Shown here: positions 62,931 to 64,000 of the stretch, piece after piece
How the letters are laid out: each line of letters starts with the position of its first letter
How positions within the stretch are numbered: the stretch's first letter is position 1
Assembly (NCBI GenBank): GCA_043228905.1
Contig: JBHGNT010000020.1
Location: 11,160,001-11,224,000 of the forward strand
DNA from: Azolla caroliniana
Taxonomy: Eukaryota; Plantae; Polypodiophyta
Direction of reading: 5' to 3'
Length of the DNA: 64,000 nucleotides
Program-made: the position numbers and the translations under genes
Notes under the pieces: generated by a model
Databases searched by the model: none
Told to the model about the DNA's origin: nothing
The model's input: only the letters and a program-made list of their open reading frames with translations

Positions 62931-64000
62931 TAAGTGTGCAATATTGGGTAGTCAAGGAGAATGTAATATCTCACGACATACATGTTGAAATATCATCTTC
63001 ATATAATAATGTGTGTCGGTTTACATTTGTTTTTTCCCGTATTGGATTACATCCTCTTTCTATAACAAGTTACGAAAAAAATACAAGGCATTTTTTGTAA
63101 TATGATGTGGATTTATGAAAAATATCTTATATTCTGAGCAATTAAAAGAAATTTTAGAATGTTAATGGACTATCAAGTTAGAAATTTTCCACTCCGCGAA
63201 TTATACAAACAACTGGTATCATCCATGGATAAGCTTTGGCTTCTCAAGTCCATCATTAACTAGTTCTTAGACACTTTTTCATATGTTTGAACAAATCCTA
63301 CATGATTGAACCATATAAAATTATTTCCCCTAACATTATGGTGTTATGCATCTAGTTATTGTAACTCAAGAGTTAGAAATCCTCCCTTGGACAACACCAA
63401 TGGAAGACAGAGTTCAGTACATAATAAGCAAAAGCAAACCAAAAATGGACTAGAGAGGAATTGGAGTTATAAAACGATGTGACTTTGAGAAAAGGAAATG
63501 ATGTGCAGGTAAACATGAAAACCAACCTATTTTGTATTAGCTATTTTCCTTTACAATTTCAAAAACTTAACATTTCGCACCCTAAGGAATATTCTTTTGT
63601 CACGTAGGATTTTTTGAATACCTTTTCATTATTAAGGTTTTTTTTAAGCTTCAAATATCATTAGTTTTGTTAGTCAGCAATTTACGTTACAAAGTAGCTC
63701 CTAAAGTTCCGAATATTTCACCGATTATTGTGTGGCCCCACCATGAATCTTAGTGATAATCTAGAATCATTGGTTCTTCATATTATTGTAAACCAATAAA
63801 AAAAACTTTATCAACAATTGGCAGCCATGCATGCAATTTGCATTCGCACTACAAATACTTTTTTTACCTATTTTCTTGTTATGTAAATGCTTCAAAATAA
63901 GCATCTACAAGGAGGGATATAATACTAGATGTAAAGTTTAAATTCATTGAGCTTGGAGTCTGGACATTGATGATGCTTGAGTGAGTTTTTGTGCTTTCAG

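Noticed and set aside
60207-64000. Host gene or DNA transposon in the AT-rich tail, including a recurring GTAGGATTT motif
   Set aside because: Only short ORFs without recognisable domains, no termini or TSD that I could define, and the motif copies are too few and short.

Overview
This window is eukaryotic, land-plant-type repetitive DNA. The element families suggest a seed-free plant such as a fern, moss or lycophyte, but that is inference. It is a stack of nested LTR retrotransposons, and I see no intact host gene. An old Copia (11227-34788, +) holds a nearly intact Tnt1/Tork-like Copia (11478-16800, TSD GACAG) and a chromovirus (16891-32204, -, TSD AGAAC, LTRs ending in TA). That chromovirus holds an intact, young, unusual Gypsy element (23865-31167). 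This element has a tRNA-Trp primer site, a 4-bp TSD, and separate gag-protease and RT-RH-IN ORFs. The two ORFs are joined by a predicted -1 frameshift signal (G GAU UUU UAG plus an H-type pseudoknot). A decayed relative (48871-57902, -) keeps the same signals and carries two ~1-kb solo-LTR/TIR-like inserts with tRNA-like A/B boxes. All four insertions of this group sit on a CpG-centred 4-bp target (ACGT/CCGT). Several decayed Athila/Tat-like Gypsy pieces are also present; some carry a large extra ORF downstream of pol. The rest comprises a LINE 3' remnant, solo LTRs, tandem duplications, microsatellites, a duplicated unknown pseudogene, and AT-rich sequence (60.2-64 kb) that I could not assign.
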